NCBI RefSeq assembly: GCF_009914755.1
Contig: NC_060948.1
DNA from: the human T2T-CHM13v2.0 reference genome, Homo sapiens
Length of the DNA: 64,000 nt
Direction: 5' to 3' (one strand)
Shown here: positions 38,654 to 57,423 of the stretch, piece after piece
Position numbering within the stretch: the first letter of the stretch is position 1
How the letters are laid out: each line of letters begins with the position of its first letter
Notes under the pieces: generated by a model
What the model was told of the DNA's origin: nothing
Database searches by the model: none
What the model saw: only the letters and a program-made list of their open reading frames with translations
Made by a program: the position numbers and the translations under genes

Positions 38654-40200
38654 TATACATTATGTATATAATAATATAGAGTGTTATATATATAATATAT
38701 ATAACCTATGTATAATATTGTTTTACATCCTGCATCTTATGTTATATATATTGTATAAAATATAATAATTGATAATATATAAGTTTTATAATTATACAAT
38801 ATGACATATAGTATATATTATATTTTATGACATATATAATATATGTTATATATCATATATAGAATATATTATACGGTTAATATACGTATTAAATATAAAT
38901 TATACATTATATATATTATATATAATATATCTGTTATATATAATACCCATTATGCATAATATATATATTATGTCTATGTTATATATAGTATAAAACAACA
39001 TATAATAATATATAATTGTATATATAAAATGCGACATATAATATATATTATATTTTATAACATATGTAATATATATTATATATAATACGTTGTATGTATA
39101 ATACCTATATTAAATATATATTATATGACTATGTTATTAACTACATGTCACATGTGTTATATATTATATATTTTACATAGAATATACTGGTTACATACAA
39201 TATATACTATGTTACCTATAATGTATAATTTATTACATGTAAAATAAAGAATGCAATATATTATGTAAAATTTATAATATACAATATGTGGAATGTGATA
39301 TATATAACATATAATATATGATATATGATATACAGTATATGATATATAACATACAATATATGATTCCTAATATATATGGTATACAATATATATTTTATGA
39401 TATGTATTCTATATGTTTTATATTCTGTTATATATAACTATTTGAAATTATATATAACTGTATAATATTTTATGGAAATATGTAATATAATATATATAAC
39501 TATATAATATATTATATATAACTATATATTATGTTATATATACTTTTATAACATAATTTACATAAAATATCATAATATAATATATATTATATTATTTCAT
39601 ATTACATAATATATATTACATATCACCCAATATAACTAACATACATAATATTATAATATAGATTATATTATGTTATATTAAATATCATATATATCATGTA
39701 TCATATATTCTATAATATATATTACACATTCTATAATATGTATGTTGTCTATTATGTGATATATATAACTATATATATAATTATATTTTTATACATATAA
39801 CTAGATAAACATGTAATTCTACATATTTTCATTTATAATATGTAGAATTATATAATCATATATAATTATTTATATTCTATAAAAAATTTTATCATTATAA
39901 AAATTATAATATATAAAAATTATAATATGTACTACAAATATATATATTATATATCATATATGATATAGTACCTTTGTTATATATCATAATACATATAAAT
40001 GTGTATTAAGTTATCTATAATTATATAATTTCATATATAAGATATATAATATGTATCATATATTATATATGTTATGTAATATATATAGTATATATAAGAT
40101 GACACAGGATAAATATTATATACTATGACATATAAAATATATGAGGTTATATGTTACATATAAGGCATAGCACATAACATGTAATATATATCATATATAA

Positions 40201-40492
40201 TTTTTTTTTAGACAGAATCTTTTCCTGTTGCACAGGGTGGGGTACAATGGCGCCATCTTTGCTCACTGCAACTTCTGCCTCACGGGTCCAAGCGATTGTC
40301 CTCCCTGAGCCTCCCAGGTAGCTGGGACTACGCCACACTGGGACTACACCAGCTGCCACCATGCCTAGCTAATTTTTTGGATTTTTAGTAGTGACAGCGT
40401 TTCACTGTATTGGCCAGGATGGTCTTGATCTCTTCACCTTGTGATCCCCTTGCCTTGGCCTCCAAATTTGCTGGGATTACAGGCCTGAGCCA
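40201..40492 (-). mobile_element. Alu, unit 17, type A
   Basis: Colinear copy. Confidence 0.92.
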
Positions 40493-41066
40493 AGATCCAT
40501 ATTTTTTAAATGAAAAAAAATTTCAAAGGTACTCTGCTTGGTACAATAATCAAATGTATAAACTGAGGAATAAAACATAACCATGAAACCTACTTATAAC
40601 TGCATATGGAAAATACAGAGGATAATTTTTTAAATAACATATTTTGAAAGCCTTAACTAGTAATTTGAAGAGTTGGCATTTGAAAGGCCAGTATGAATAT
40701 ACCTTCAAAGCAGCAACACAGGTTCCCCATGAGAAAAAGCAAACACAGGGAAAATAAAAACACAAAGGTTCAATCTCTTCTGACCTTTGAAAGACACAGC
40801 ACAGACAGTGGTCCTTAGGACGAAGAGCAGGAGACCCCTAATTCCGTCACCATGGCGATAGGGCATAAACATTGCTGGGTGAGGGCACAATCCACATTGT
40901 GAGGTCCAACTGCTGCCAGGAAGACAGGAGTGCTTTTACATAGACCGAAAGGTCATTGAAGGCTCAGAGTTTTGTTTCAAGAACTGAATCCCAAGCCCAC
41001 ACGTTATTAGGCTGCGCTTCTTAAAACAAGTTATGAGATGGGAAAAAGGGCACCCACAAACATACG
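40493..41066 (-). repeat. HSATI-like subunit, unit 17
   Basis: Copy of 1789-2362. Confidence 0.8.
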
Positions 41067-42620
41067 TATACATTATGTATATAATAATATACAGTGTCAT
41101 ATATATAATATATATAACCTATGTATAATATTGTTTTACATCCTGCATCTTATGTTATTTATATTGTATAAAATATAATAATTGATAATATATAAGTTTT
41201 ATAATTATACAATATGACATATAGTATATATTATAATTTATGACATATATAATATATGTTATATATCATATATAGAATATATTATACGGTTAATATACGT
41301 ATTAAATATAAATTATACATTATATATATTATATATAATATATCTGTTATATATAATACCCATTATGCATAATATATATATTAAGTCTATGTTATATATA
41401 GTATAAAACAACATATAATAATATATAATTGTATATATAAAATGAGACATATAATATATATTATAGTTTATAACATATGTAATATATATTATATATTATA
41501 TATAATACGTTGTATGTATAATACCTATATTAAATATATATTATATGACTATGTTATTAATTACATGTCACATGTGTTATATATTATATATTTTACACAG
41601 AATATACCGGTTACATACAATATATACTATGTTACCTATAATGTATAATTTATTACATGTAAAATAAAGAATGCAATATATTATGTAAAATTTATAATAT
41701 ACAATATGTGGAATGTGATATATATAACATATAATATATGATATATGATATACAGTATATGATATATAACATACAATATATGATTCCTAATATATATGGT
41801 ATACAATATATATTTTATGATATGTATTCTATATGTTTTATATTCTGTTATATATAACTATTTGAAATTATATATAACTGTATAATATTTTATGTAAATA
41901 TGTAATATAATATATATAACTATATAATATATTATATATAACTATATATTATGTTATATATACTTTTATAACATAATTTACATAAAATATCATAATATAA
42001 TATATATTATATTATTTCATATTACATAATATATATTACATATCACCCAATATAACTAACATACATAATATTATAATATAGATTATATTGTGTTATATTA
42101 AATATCATATATATCTTGTATCATATATTCTATAATATATATTACACATTATATAATATGTATGTTGTCTATTATGTGATATATATAACTATATATATAA
42201 TTATATTTTTATACATATAACTAGATAAACATGTAATTCTACATATTTTCATTTATAATATGTAGAATTATATAATCATATATAATTATTTATATTCTAT
42301 AAAAAATTTTATCATTATATAAATTATAATATATAAAAATTATAATATGTACTACAAATATATATATTATATATCATATATGATATAGTACCTTTGTTAT
42401 ATATCACAATACATATAAATGTGTATTATGTTATCTATAATTATATAATTTCATATATAAGATGTATAATATGTATCTTATATTATATAAGTTATGTAAT
42501 ATATATAGTATATATAAGATGACACAGGATAAATATTATATACTATGACATATAAAATATATGAGGTTATATGTTACATATAAGGCATAGCACATAACAT
42601 GTAATATATATCATATATAA

Positions 42621-42912
42621 TTTTTTTTTAGACGGAATCTTGTCCTGTTGCACAGGGTGGGGTACAATGGCGCCATCTTTGCTCACTGCAACTTCTGCCT
42701 CACGGGTCCAAGCGATTGTCCTCCCTCAGCCTCCCAGGTAGCTGGGACTACACCACACTGGGACTACACCAGCTGCCACCATGCCTAGCTAATTTTTTGG
42801 ATTTTTAGTAGTGACAGCGTTTCACTGTATTGGCCAGGATGGTGTTGATCTCTTCACCTTGTGATCCCCTTGCCTTGGCCTCCAAATTTGCTGGGATTAC
42901 AGGCCTGAGCCA
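42621..42912 (-). mobile_element. Alu, unit 18, type A
   Basis: Colinear copy. Confidence 0.92.
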
Positions 42913-43486
42913 AGATCCATATTTTTTAAATGAAAAAAAATTTCAAAGGTACTCTGCTTGGTACAATAATCAAATGTATAAACTGAGGAATAAAACATAA
43001 CCATGAAACCTACTTATAACTGCATATGGAAAATACAGAGGATAATTTTTTAAATAACATATTTTGAAAGCCTTAACTAGTAATTTGAAGAGTTGGCATT
43101 TGAAAGGCCAGTATGAATATACCTTCAAAGCAGCAACACAGGTTCCCCATGAGAAAAAGCAAACACAGGGAAAATAAAAACACAAAGGTTCAATCTCTTC
43201 TGACCTTTGAAAGACACAGCACAGACAGTGGTCCTTAGGACGAAGAGCAGGAGACCCCTAATTCCGTCACCATGGCGATAGGGCATAAACATTGCTGGGT
43301 GAGGGCACAATCCACATTGTGAGGTCCAACTGCTGCCAGGAAGACAGGAGTGCTTTTACATAGACCGAAAGGTCATTGAAGGCTCAGAGTTTTGTTTCAA
43401 GAACTGAATCCCAAGCCCACACGTTATTAGGCTGCGCTTCTTAAAACAAGTTATGAGATGGGAAAAAGGGCACCCACAAACATACG
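42913..43486 (-). repeat. HSATI-like subunit, unit 18
   Basis: Copy of 1789-2362. Confidence 0.8.
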
Positions 43487-45016
43487 TATACATTATGTAT
43501 ATAATAATATACAGTATCATATATATAATATATATAACCTATGTATAATATTGTTTTACATCCTGCATCTTATGTTATATATATTGTATAAAATATAATA
43601 ATTGATAATATATAAGTTTTATAATTATACAATATGACATATAGTATATATTATAATTTATGACATATATAATATATGTTATATATCATATATAGAATAT
43701 ATTATACGGTTAATATACGTATTAAATATAAATTATACATTATATATATTATATATAATATATCTGTTATATATAATACCCATTATGCATAATATATATA
43801 TTATGTCTATGTTATATATAGTATAAAAAAACATATAATAATATATAATTGTATATATAAAATGCGACATATAATATATATTATATTTTATAACATATGT
43901 AATATATATTATATATTATATATAATACGTTGTATGTATAATACCTATATTAAATATATATTATATGACTATGTTATTAATTACATGTCACATGTGTTAT
44001 ATATTATATATTTTACGTAGAATATACCGGTTACATACAATATATACTATGTTACCTATAATGTATAATTTATTACATGAAAAATAAAGAATGCAATATA
44101 TTATGTAAAATTTATAACATACAATATGTGGAATGTGATATATATAACATATAATATATGATATATGATATACAGTATATGATATATAACATACAATATA
44201 TGATTCCTAATATATATGGTATACAATATATATTTTATGATATGTATTCTATATGTTTTATATTCTGTTATATATAACTATTTGAAATTATATATAACTG
44301 TATAATATTTTATGTAAATATGTAATATAATATATATAACTATATAATATATTATATATAACTATATATTATGTTATATATACTTTTATAACATAATTTA
44401 CATAAAATATCATAATATAATATATATTATATTATTTCATATTACATAATATATATTACATATCACCCAATATAACTAACATACATAATATTATAATATA
44501 GATTATATTGTGTAATATTAAATATCATATATATCATGTATCATATATTCTATAATATATATTACACTTTATATAATATGTATGTTGTCTATTATGTGAT
44601 ATATACAACTATATATATAATTATATTTTTTACATATAACTAGATAAACATGTAATTCTACATATTTTCATTTATAATATGTAGAATTATATAATCATAT
44701 ATAATTATTTATATTGTATAAACAATTTTATCATTATATAAATTATAATATATAAAAATTATAATATGTACTACAAATATATATATTATATATCATATAT
44801 GATATAGTACCTTTGTTATATATCATAATACATATAAATGTGTATTATGTTATCTATAATTATATAATTTCATATATAAGATGTATAATATGTATCATAT
44901 ATTATATATGTTATGTAATATATATAGTATATATAAGATGACACAGGATAAATATTATATACTATGACATATAAAATATATGAGGTTATATGTTACATAT
45001 AAGGCATAGCACATAA

Positions 45017-45331
<315 letters not shown>

Positions 45332-45905
45332 AGATCCATATTTTTTAAATGAAAAAAAATTTCAAAGGTACTCTGCTTGGTACAATAATCAAATGTATAA
45401 ACTGAGGAATAAAACATAACCATGAAACCTACTTATAACTGCATATGGAAAATACAGAGGATAATTTTTTAAATAACATATTTTGAAAGCCTTAACTAGT
45501 AATTTGAAGAGTTGGCATTTCAAAGGCCAGTATGAATATACCTTCAAAGCAGCAACACAGGTTCCCCATGAGAAAAAGCAAACAAAGGGAAAATAAAAAC
45601 TCAAAGGTTCAATCTCTTCTGACCTTTGAAAGACACAGCACAGACAGTGGTCCTTAGGACGAAGAGCAGGAGACCCCTAATTCCGTCACCATGGCGATAG
45701 GGCATAAACATTGCTGGGTGAGGGCACAATCCACATTGTGAGGTCCAACTGCTGCCAGGAAGACAGGAGTGCTTTTACATAGACCGAAAGGTCATTGAAG
45801 GCTCAGAGTTTTGTTTCAAGAACTGAATCCCAAGCCCACACGTTATTAGGCTGCGCTTCTTAAAACAAGTTATGAGATGGGAAAAAGGGCACCCACAAAC
45901 ATACG
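45332..45905 (-). repeat. HSATI-like subunit, unit 19
   Basis: Copy of 1789-2362. Confidence 0.8.
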
Positions 45906-47459
45906 TATACATTATGTATATAATAATATACAGTGTCATATATATAATATATATAACCTATGTATAATATTGTTTTACATCCTGCATCTTATGTTATATA
46001 TATTGTATAAAATATAATAATTGATAATATATAAGTTTTATAATTATACAATATGACATATAGTATATATTATAATTTATGACATATATAATATATGTTA
46101 TATATCATATATAGAATATATTATACGGTTAATATACGTATTAAATATAAATTATACATTATATATATTATATATAATATATCTGTTATATATAATACCC
46201 ATTATGCATAATATATATATTATGTCTATGTTATATATAGTATAAAACAACATATAATAATATATAATTGTATATATAAAATGCGACATATAATATATAT
46301 TATATTTTATAATATACGTAATATATATTATATATTATATATAACACGTTGTATGTATAATACCTATATTAAATATATATTATATGACTATGTTATTAAT
46401 TACATGTCACATGTGATATATATTATATATTTTACACAGAATATACCGGTTACATACAATATATACTATGTTACCTATAATGTATAATTTATTACATGTA
46501 AAATAAAGAATGCAATATATTATGTAAAATTTATAATATACAATATGTGGAATGTGATATATATAACATATAATATATGATATATGATATACAGTATATG
46601 ATATATAACATACAATATATGATTCCTAATATATATGGTATACAATATATATTTTATGATATGTATTCTATATGTTTTATATTCTGTTATATATAACTAT
46701 TTGAAATTATATATAACTGTATAATATTTTATGTAAATATGTAATATAATATATATAACTATATAATATATTATATATAACTATATATTATGTTATATAT
46801 ACTTTTATAACATAATTTACATAAAATATCATAATATAATATATATTATATTATTTCATATTACATAATATATATTACATATCACCCAATATAACTAACA
46901 TACATAATATTATAATATAGATTATATTGTGTTATATTAAATATCATATATATCTTGTATCATATATTCTATAATATATATTACACATTATATAATATGT
47001 ATGTTGTCTATTATGTGATATATATAACTATATATATAATTATATTTTTATACATATAACTAGATAAACATGTAATTCTACATATTTTCATTTATAATAT
47101 GTAGAATTATATAATCATATATAATTATTTATATTCTATAAAAAATTTTATCATTATATAAATTATAATATATAAAAATTATAATATGTACTACAAATAT
47201 ATATATTATATATCATATATGATATAGTACCTTTGTTATATATCACAATACATATAAATGTGTATTATGTTATCTATAATTATATAATTTCATATATAAG
47301 ATGTATAATATGTATCTTATATTATATAAGTTATGTAATATATATAGTATATATAAGATGACACAGGATAAATATTATATACTATGACATATAAAATATA
47401 TGAGGTTATATGTTACATATAAGGCATAGCACATAACATGTAATATATATCATATATAA

Positions 47460-47751
47460 TTTTTTTTTAGACGGAATCTTGTCCTGTTGCACAGGGTGGG
47501 GTACAATGGCGCCATCTTTGCTCACTGCAACTTCTGCCTCACGGGTCCAAGCGATTGTCCTCCCTCAGCCTCCCAGGTAGCTGGGACTACACCACACTGG
47601 GACTACACCAGCTGCCACCATGCCTAGCTAATTTTTTGGATTTTTAGTAGTGACAGCGTTTCACTGTATTGGCCAGGATGGTGTTGATCTCTTCACCTTG
47701 TGATCCCCTTGCCTTGGCCTCCAAATTTGCTGGGATTACAGGCCTGAGCCA
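47460..47751 (-). mobile_element. Alu, unit 20, type A
   Basis: Colinear copy. Confidence 0.92.
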
Positions 47752-48325
47752 AGATCCATATTTTTTAAATGAAAAAAAATTTCAAAGGTACTCTGCTTGG
47801 TACAATAATCAAATGTATAAACTGAGGAATAAAACATAACCATGAAACCTACTTATAACTGCATATGGAAAATACAGAGGATAATTTTTTAAATAACATA
47901 TTTTGAAAGCCTTAACTAGTAATTTGAAGAGTTGGCATTTGAAAGGCCAGTATGAATATACCTTCAAAGCAGCAACACAGGTTCCCCATGAGAAAAAGCA
48001 AACACAGGGAAAATAAAAACACAAAGGTTCAATCTCTTCTGACCTTTGAAAGACACAGCACAGACAGTGGTCCTTAGGACGAAGAGCAGGAGACCCCTAA
48101 TTCCGTCACCATGGCGATAGGGCATAAACATTGCTGGGTGAGGGCACAATCCACATTGTGAGGTCCAACTGCTGCCAGGAAGACAGGAGTGCTTTTACAT
48201 AGACCGAAAGGTCATTGAAGGCTCAGAGTTTTGTTTCAAGAACTGAATCCCAAGCCCACACGTTATTAGGCTGCGCTTCTTAAAACAAGTTATGAGATGG
48301 GAAAAAGGGCACCCACAAACATACG
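47752..48325 (-). repeat. HSATI-like subunit, unit 20
   Basis: Copy of 1789-2362. Confidence 0.8.
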
Positions 48326-49855
48326 TATACATTATGTATATAATAATATACAGTATCATATATATAATATATATAACCTATGTATAATATTGTTTTACAT
48401 CCTGCATCTTATGTTATATATATTGTATAAAATATAATAATTGATAATATATAAGTTTTATAATTATACAATATGACATATAGTATATATTATAATTTAT
48501 GACATATATAATATATGTTATATATCATATATAGAATATATTATACGGTTAATATACGTATTAAATATAAATTATACATTATATATATTATATATAATAT
48601 ATCTGTTATATATAATACCCATTATGCATAATATATATATTATGTCTATGTTATATATAGTATAAAAAAACATATAATAATATATAATTGTATATATAAA
48701 ATGCGACATATAATATATATTATATTTTATAACATATGTAATATATATTATATATTATATATAATACGTTGTATGTATAATACCTATATTAAATATATAT
48801 TATATGACTATGTTATTAATTACATGTCACATGTGTTATATATTATATATTTTACGTAGAATATACCGGTTACATACAATATATACTATGTTACCTATAA
48901 TGTATAATTTATTACATGAAAAATAAAGAATGCAATATATTATGTAAAATTTATAACATACAATATGTGGAATGTGATATATATAACATATAATATATGA
49001 TATATGATATACAGTATATGATATATAACATACAATATATGATTCCTAATATATATGGTATACAATATATATTTTATGATATGTATTCTATATGTTTTAT
49101 ATTCTGTTATATATAACTATTTGAAATTATATATAACTGTATAATATTTTATGTAAATATGTAATATAATATATATAACTATATAATATATTATATATAA
49201 CTATATATTATGTTATATATACTTTTATAACATAATTTACATAAAATATCATAATATAATATATATTATATTATTTCATATTACATAATATATATTACAT
49301 ATCACCCAATATAACTAACATACATAATATTATAATATAGATTATATTGTGTAATATTAAATATCATATATATCATGTATCATATATTCTATAATATATA
49401 TTACACTTTATATAATATGTATGTTGTCTATTATGTGATATATACAACTATATATATAATTATATTTTTTACATATAACTAGATAAACATGTAATTCTAC
49501 ATATTTTCATTTATAATATGTAGAATTATATAATCATATATAATTATTTATATTGTATAAACAATTTTATCATTATATAAATTATAATATATAAAAATTA
49601 TAATATGTACTACAAATATATATATTATATATCATATATGATATAGTACCTTTGTTATATATCATAATACATATAAATGTGTATTATGTTATCTATAATT
49701 ATATAATTTCATATATAAGATGTATAATATGTATCATATATTATATATGTTATGTAATATATATAGTATATATAAGATGACACAGGATAAATATTATATA
49801 CTATGACATATAAAATATATGAGGTTATATGTTACATATAAGGCATAGCACATAA

Positions 49856-50170
<315 letters not shown>

Positions 50171-50744
50171 AGATCCATATTTTTTAAATGAAAAAAAATT
50201 TCAAAGGTACTCTGCTTGGTACAATAATCAAATGTATAAACTGAGGAATAAAACATAACCATGAAACCTACTTATAACTGCATATGGAAAATACAGAGGA
50301 TAATTTTTTAAATAACATATTTTGAAAGCCTTAACTAGTAATTTGAAGAGTTGGCATTTCAAAGGCCAGTATGAATATACCTTCAAAGCAGCAACACAGG
50401 TTCCCCATGAGAAAAAGCAAACAAAGGGAAAATAAAAACACAAAGGTTCAATCTCTTCTGACCTTTGAAAGACACAGCACAGACAGTGGTCCTTAGGACG
50501 AAGAGCAGGAGACCCCTAATTCCGTCACCATGGCGATAGGGCATAAACATTGCTGGGTGAGGGCACAATCCACATTGTGAGGTCCAACTGCTGCCAGGAA
50601 GACAGGAGTGCTTTTACATAGACCGAAAGGTCATTGAAGGCTCAAAATTTTGTTTCAAGAACTGAATCCCAAGCCCACACGTTATTAGGCTGCGCTTCTT
50701 AAAACAAGTTATGAGATGGGAAAAAGGGCACCCACAAACATACG
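50171..50744 (-). repeat. HSATI-like subunit, unit 21
   Basis: Copy of 1789-2362. Confidence 0.8.
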
Positions 50745-52282
50745 TGTACATTATGTATATAATAATATACAGTATCATATATATAACATATATAACCTAT
50801 GTATAATATTGTTTTACATCCTGCATCTTCTGTTATATATATTGTATAAAATATAATAATTGATAATATATAAGTTTTATAATTATACAATATGACATAT
50901 AGTATATATTATAATTTATGACATATATAATATATGTTATATATCATATATAGAATATATTATACGGTTAATATACGTATTAAATATAAATTATACATTA
51001 TATATATTATATATAATATATCTGTTATATATAATACCCATTATGCATAATATATATATTATGTCTATGTTATATATAGTATAAAACAACATATAATAAT
51101 ATATAATTGTATATATAAAATGCGACATATAATATATATTATATTTTATAATATACGTAATATATATTATATATTATATATAATACGTTGTATGTATAAT
51201 ACCTATATTAAATATATATTATATGACTATGTTATTAATTACATGTCACATGTGATATATATTATATATTTTACATAGAATATACCGGTTACATACAATA
51301 TATACTATGTTACCTATAATGTATAATTTATTACATGTAAAATAAAGAATGCAATATATTATGTAAAATTTATAAAATACAATATGTGGAATGTGATATA
51401 TATAACATATAATATATGATATATGATATACAGTATATGATATATAACATACAATATATGATTCCTATTATATATGGTATACAATATATATTTTATGATA
51501 TGTATTCTATATGTTTTATATTCTGTTATATATAACTATTTGAAATTATATATAACTGTATAATATTTTATGTAAATATGTAATATAATATATATAACTA
51601 TGAAATATATTATATATAACTATATATTATGTTATATATACTTTTATAACATAATTTACATAAAATATCATAATATAATATATATTATATTATTTCATAT
51701 TACATAATATATATTACATATCACCCAATATAACTAACATACATAATATTATAATATAGATTATATTATGTTATATTAAATATCATATATATCATGTATC
51801 ATATATTCTATAATATATATTACACATTATATAATATGTATGTTGTCTATTATGTGATATATATAACTATATATATAATTATATTTTTATACATATAACT
51901 AGATAAACATGTAATTCTACATATTTTCATTTATAATATGTAGAATTATATAATCATATATAATTATTTATATTCTATAAAAAATTTTATCATTATATAA
52001 ATTATAATATATAAAAATTATAATATGTACTACAAATATATATATTATATATCATATATGATATAGTACCTTTGTTATATATCATAATACATATAAATGT
52101 GTATTATGTTATCTATAATTATATAATTTCATATATAAGATGTATAATATGTATTATATATTGTATATGTTATGTAATGTATATAGTATATATAAGCTGA
52201 CACAGGATAAATATTATATACTATGACATATAAAATATATGAGGTTATATGTTACATATAAGGCATAGCACATAACATGTAA

Positions 52283-52589
<307 letters not shown>

Positions 52590-53163
52590 AGATCCATATT
52601 TTTTAAATGAAAAAAAATTTCAAAGGTACTCTGCTTGGTACAATAATCAAATGTATAAACTGAGGAATAAAACATAACCATGAAACCTACTTATAACTGC
52701 ATATGGAAAATACAGAGGATAATTTTTTAAATAACATATTTTGAAAGCCTTAACTAGTAATTTGAAGAGTTGGCATTTGAAAGGCCAGTATGAATATACC
52801 TTCAAAGCAGCAACACAGGTTCCCCATGAGAAACAGCAAACTCAGGGAAAATAAAACCACAAAGGTTCAATCTCTTCTGACCTTTGAAAGACACAGCACA
52901 GACAGTGGTCCTTAGGACGAAGAGCAGGAGACCCCTAATTCCGTCACCATGGCGATAGGGCATAAACATTGCTGGGTGAGGGCACAATCCACATTGTGAG
53001 GTCCAACTGCTGCCAGGAAGACAGGAGTGCTTTTACATAGACCGAAAGGTCATTGAAGGCTCAGAGTTTTGTTTCAAGAACTGAATCCCAAGCCCACACG
53101 TTATTAGGCTGCGCTTCTTAAAACAAGTTATGAGATGGGAAAAAGGGCACCCACAAACATACG
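52590..53163 (-). repeat. HSATI-like subunit, unit 22
   Basis: Copy of 1789-2362. Confidence 0.8.
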
Positions 53164-54691
53164 TATACATTATGTATATAATAATATACAGTATCATATA
53201 TATAATATATATAACCTATGTATAATATTGTTTTACATCCTGCATCTTATGTTATATATATTGTATAAAATATAATAATTGATAATATATAGGTTTTATA
53301 ATTATACAATATGAAATATAGTATATATTATAATTTATGACATATATAATATATGTTATATATCATATATAGAATATATTATACGGTTAATATACGTATT
53401 AAATATAAATTATACATTATATATATTATATATAATATATCTGTTATATATAATACCCATTATGCATAATATACATATTATGTCTATGTTATATATAGTA
53501 TAAAACAACATATAATAATATATAATTGTATATATAAAATGCGACATATAATATATATTATATTTTATAACATATGTAATATATATTATATTATATATAA
53601 TACGTTGTATGTATAATACCTATATTAAATATATATTATATGACTATGTTATTAATTACATGTCACATGTGTTATATATTATATATTTTACGTAGAATAT
53701 ACCGGTTACATACAATATATACTATGTTACCTATAATGTATAATTTATTACATGTAAAATAAAGAATGCAATATATTATGTAAAATTTATAACATACAAT
53801 ATGTGGAATGTGATATATATAACATATAATATATGATATATGATATACAGTATATGATATATAACATACAATATATGATTCCTAATATATATGGTATACA
53901 ATATATATTTTATGATATGTATTCTATATGTTTTATATTCTGTTATATATAACTATTTGAAATTATATATAACTGTATAATATTTTATGTAAATATGTAA
54001 TATAATATATATAACTATATAATATATTATAGATAACTATATATTATGTTATATATACTTTTATAACATAATTTACATAAAATATCATAATATAATATAT
54101 ATTATATTATTTCATATTACATAATATATATTACATATCACCCAATATAACTAACATACATAATATTATAATATAGATTATATTGTGTAATATTAAATAT
54201 CATATATATCATGTATCATATATTCTATAATATATATTACACATTATATAATATGTATGTTGTCTATTATGTGATATATATAACTATATATATAATTATA
54301 TTTTTTACATATAACTAGATAAACATGTAATTCTACATATTTTCATTTATAATATGTAGAATTATATAATCATATATAATTATTTATATTGTATAAAAAA
54401 TTTTATCATTCTATAAATTATAATATATAAAAATTATAATATGTACTACAAATATATATATTATATATCATATATGATACAGTACCTTTGTTATATATCA
54501 TAATACATATAAATGAGTATTATGTTATCTATAATTATATAATTTCATATATAAGATGTATAATATGTATCATATATTATATATGTTATGTACTATATAT
54601 AGTATATATAAGATGACACAGGATAAATATTATATACTATGACATATAAAATATATGAGGTTATATGTTACATATAAGGCATAGCACATAA

Positions 54692-55006
<315 letters not shown>

Positions 55007-55580
55007 AGATCCATATTTTTTAAATGAAAAAAAATTTCAAAGGTACTGTGCTTGGTACAATAATCAAATGTATAAACTGAGGAATAAAACATAACCATGA
55101 AACCTACTTATAACTGCATATGGAAAATACAGAGGATAATTTTTTAAATAACATATTTTGAAAGCCTTAACTAGTAATTTGAAGAGTTGGCATTTGAAAG
55201 GCCAGTATGAATATACCTTCAAAGCAGCAACACAGGTTCCCCATGAGAAAAAGCAAACACAGGGAAAATAAAACCACAAAGGTTCAATCTCTTCTGACCT
55301 TTGAAAGACACAGCACAGACAGTGGTCCTTAGGACGAAGAGCAGGAGACCCCTAATTCCGTCACCATGGCGATAGGGCATAAACATTGCTGGGTGAGGGC
55401 ACAATCCACATTGTGAGGTCCAACTTCTGCCAGGAAGACAGGAGTGCTTTTACATAGACCGAAAGGTCATTGAAGGCTCAGAGTTTTGTTTCAAGAACTG
55501 AATCCCAAGCCCACACGTTATTAGGCTGCGCTTCTTAAAACAAGTTATGAGATGGGAAAAAGGGCACCCACAAACATACG
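55007..55580 (-). repeat. HSATI-like subunit, unit 23
   Basis: Copy of 1789-2362. Confidence 0.8.
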
Positions 55581-57108
55581 TATACATTATGTATATAATA
55601 ATATACAGTATCATATATATAATATATATAACCTATGTATAATATTGTTTTACATCCTGCATCTTATGTTATATATATTGTATAAAATATAATAATTGAT
55701 AATATATAAGTTTTATATTTATACAATATGACATATAGTATATATTATAATTTATGACATATATAATATATGTTATATGTCATATGTAGAATATATTATA
55801 CAGTTAATATACGTATTAAATATAAATTATACATTATATATATTATATATAATATATCTGTTATATATAATACCCATTATGCATAATATATATATTATGT
55901 CTATGTTATATATAGTATAACACAACATATAATAATATATAATTGTATATATAAAATGCGACATATAATATATATTATATTTTATAACATATGTAATATA
56001 TATTATATATTATATATAATACGTTGTATGTATAATACCTATATTAAATATATATTATATGACTATGTTATTAATTACATGTCACATGTGTTATATATTA
56101 TATATTTTACATAGAATATACCGGTTACATACAATATATACTATGTTACCTATAATGTATAATTTATTACATGTAAAATAAAGAATGCAATATATTATGT
56201 ATAATTTATAATATACCATATGTGGAATGTGATATATATAACATATAATATATGATATATGATATACAGTATATGATATATAACATACAATATATGATTC
56301 CTAATATATATGGTATACAATATATATTTTATGATATGTATTCTATATGTTTTATATTCTGTTATATATAACTATTTGAAATTATATATAACTGTATAAT
56401 ATTTTATGTAAATATGTAATATAATATATATAACTATATAATATATTATAGATAACTTTATATTATGTTATATATACTTTTATAACATAATTTACATAAA
56501 ATATCATAATATAATATATATTATATTATTTCATATTACATAATATATATTACATATCACCCAATATAACTAACATACATAATATTATAATATAGATTAT
56601 ATTGTGTTATATTAAATATCATATATATCATGTATCATATATTCTATAATATATATTACACATTATATAATATGTATGTTGTCTATTATGTGATATATAT
56701 AACTATATATATAATTATATTTTTATACATATAACTAGATAAACATGTAATTCTACATATTTTCATTTAAAATATGTAGAATTATATAATCATATATAAT
56801 TATTTATATTCTATAAAAAATTTTATCATTATATAAATTATAATATATAAAAATTATATATACTACAAATATATATATTATATATCATATATGATATAGT
56901 ACCTTTGTTATATATCATAATACATATAAATGTGTATTATGTTATCTATAATTATATAATTTCATATATAAGATGTATAATATGTATCATATATTATATA
57001 TGTTATGTAATATTTATAGTATATATAAGATGACACAGGATAAATATTATATACTATGACATATAAAATATATGAGGTTATATGTTACATATAAGGCATA
57101 GCACATAA

Positions 57109-57423
<315 letters not shown>

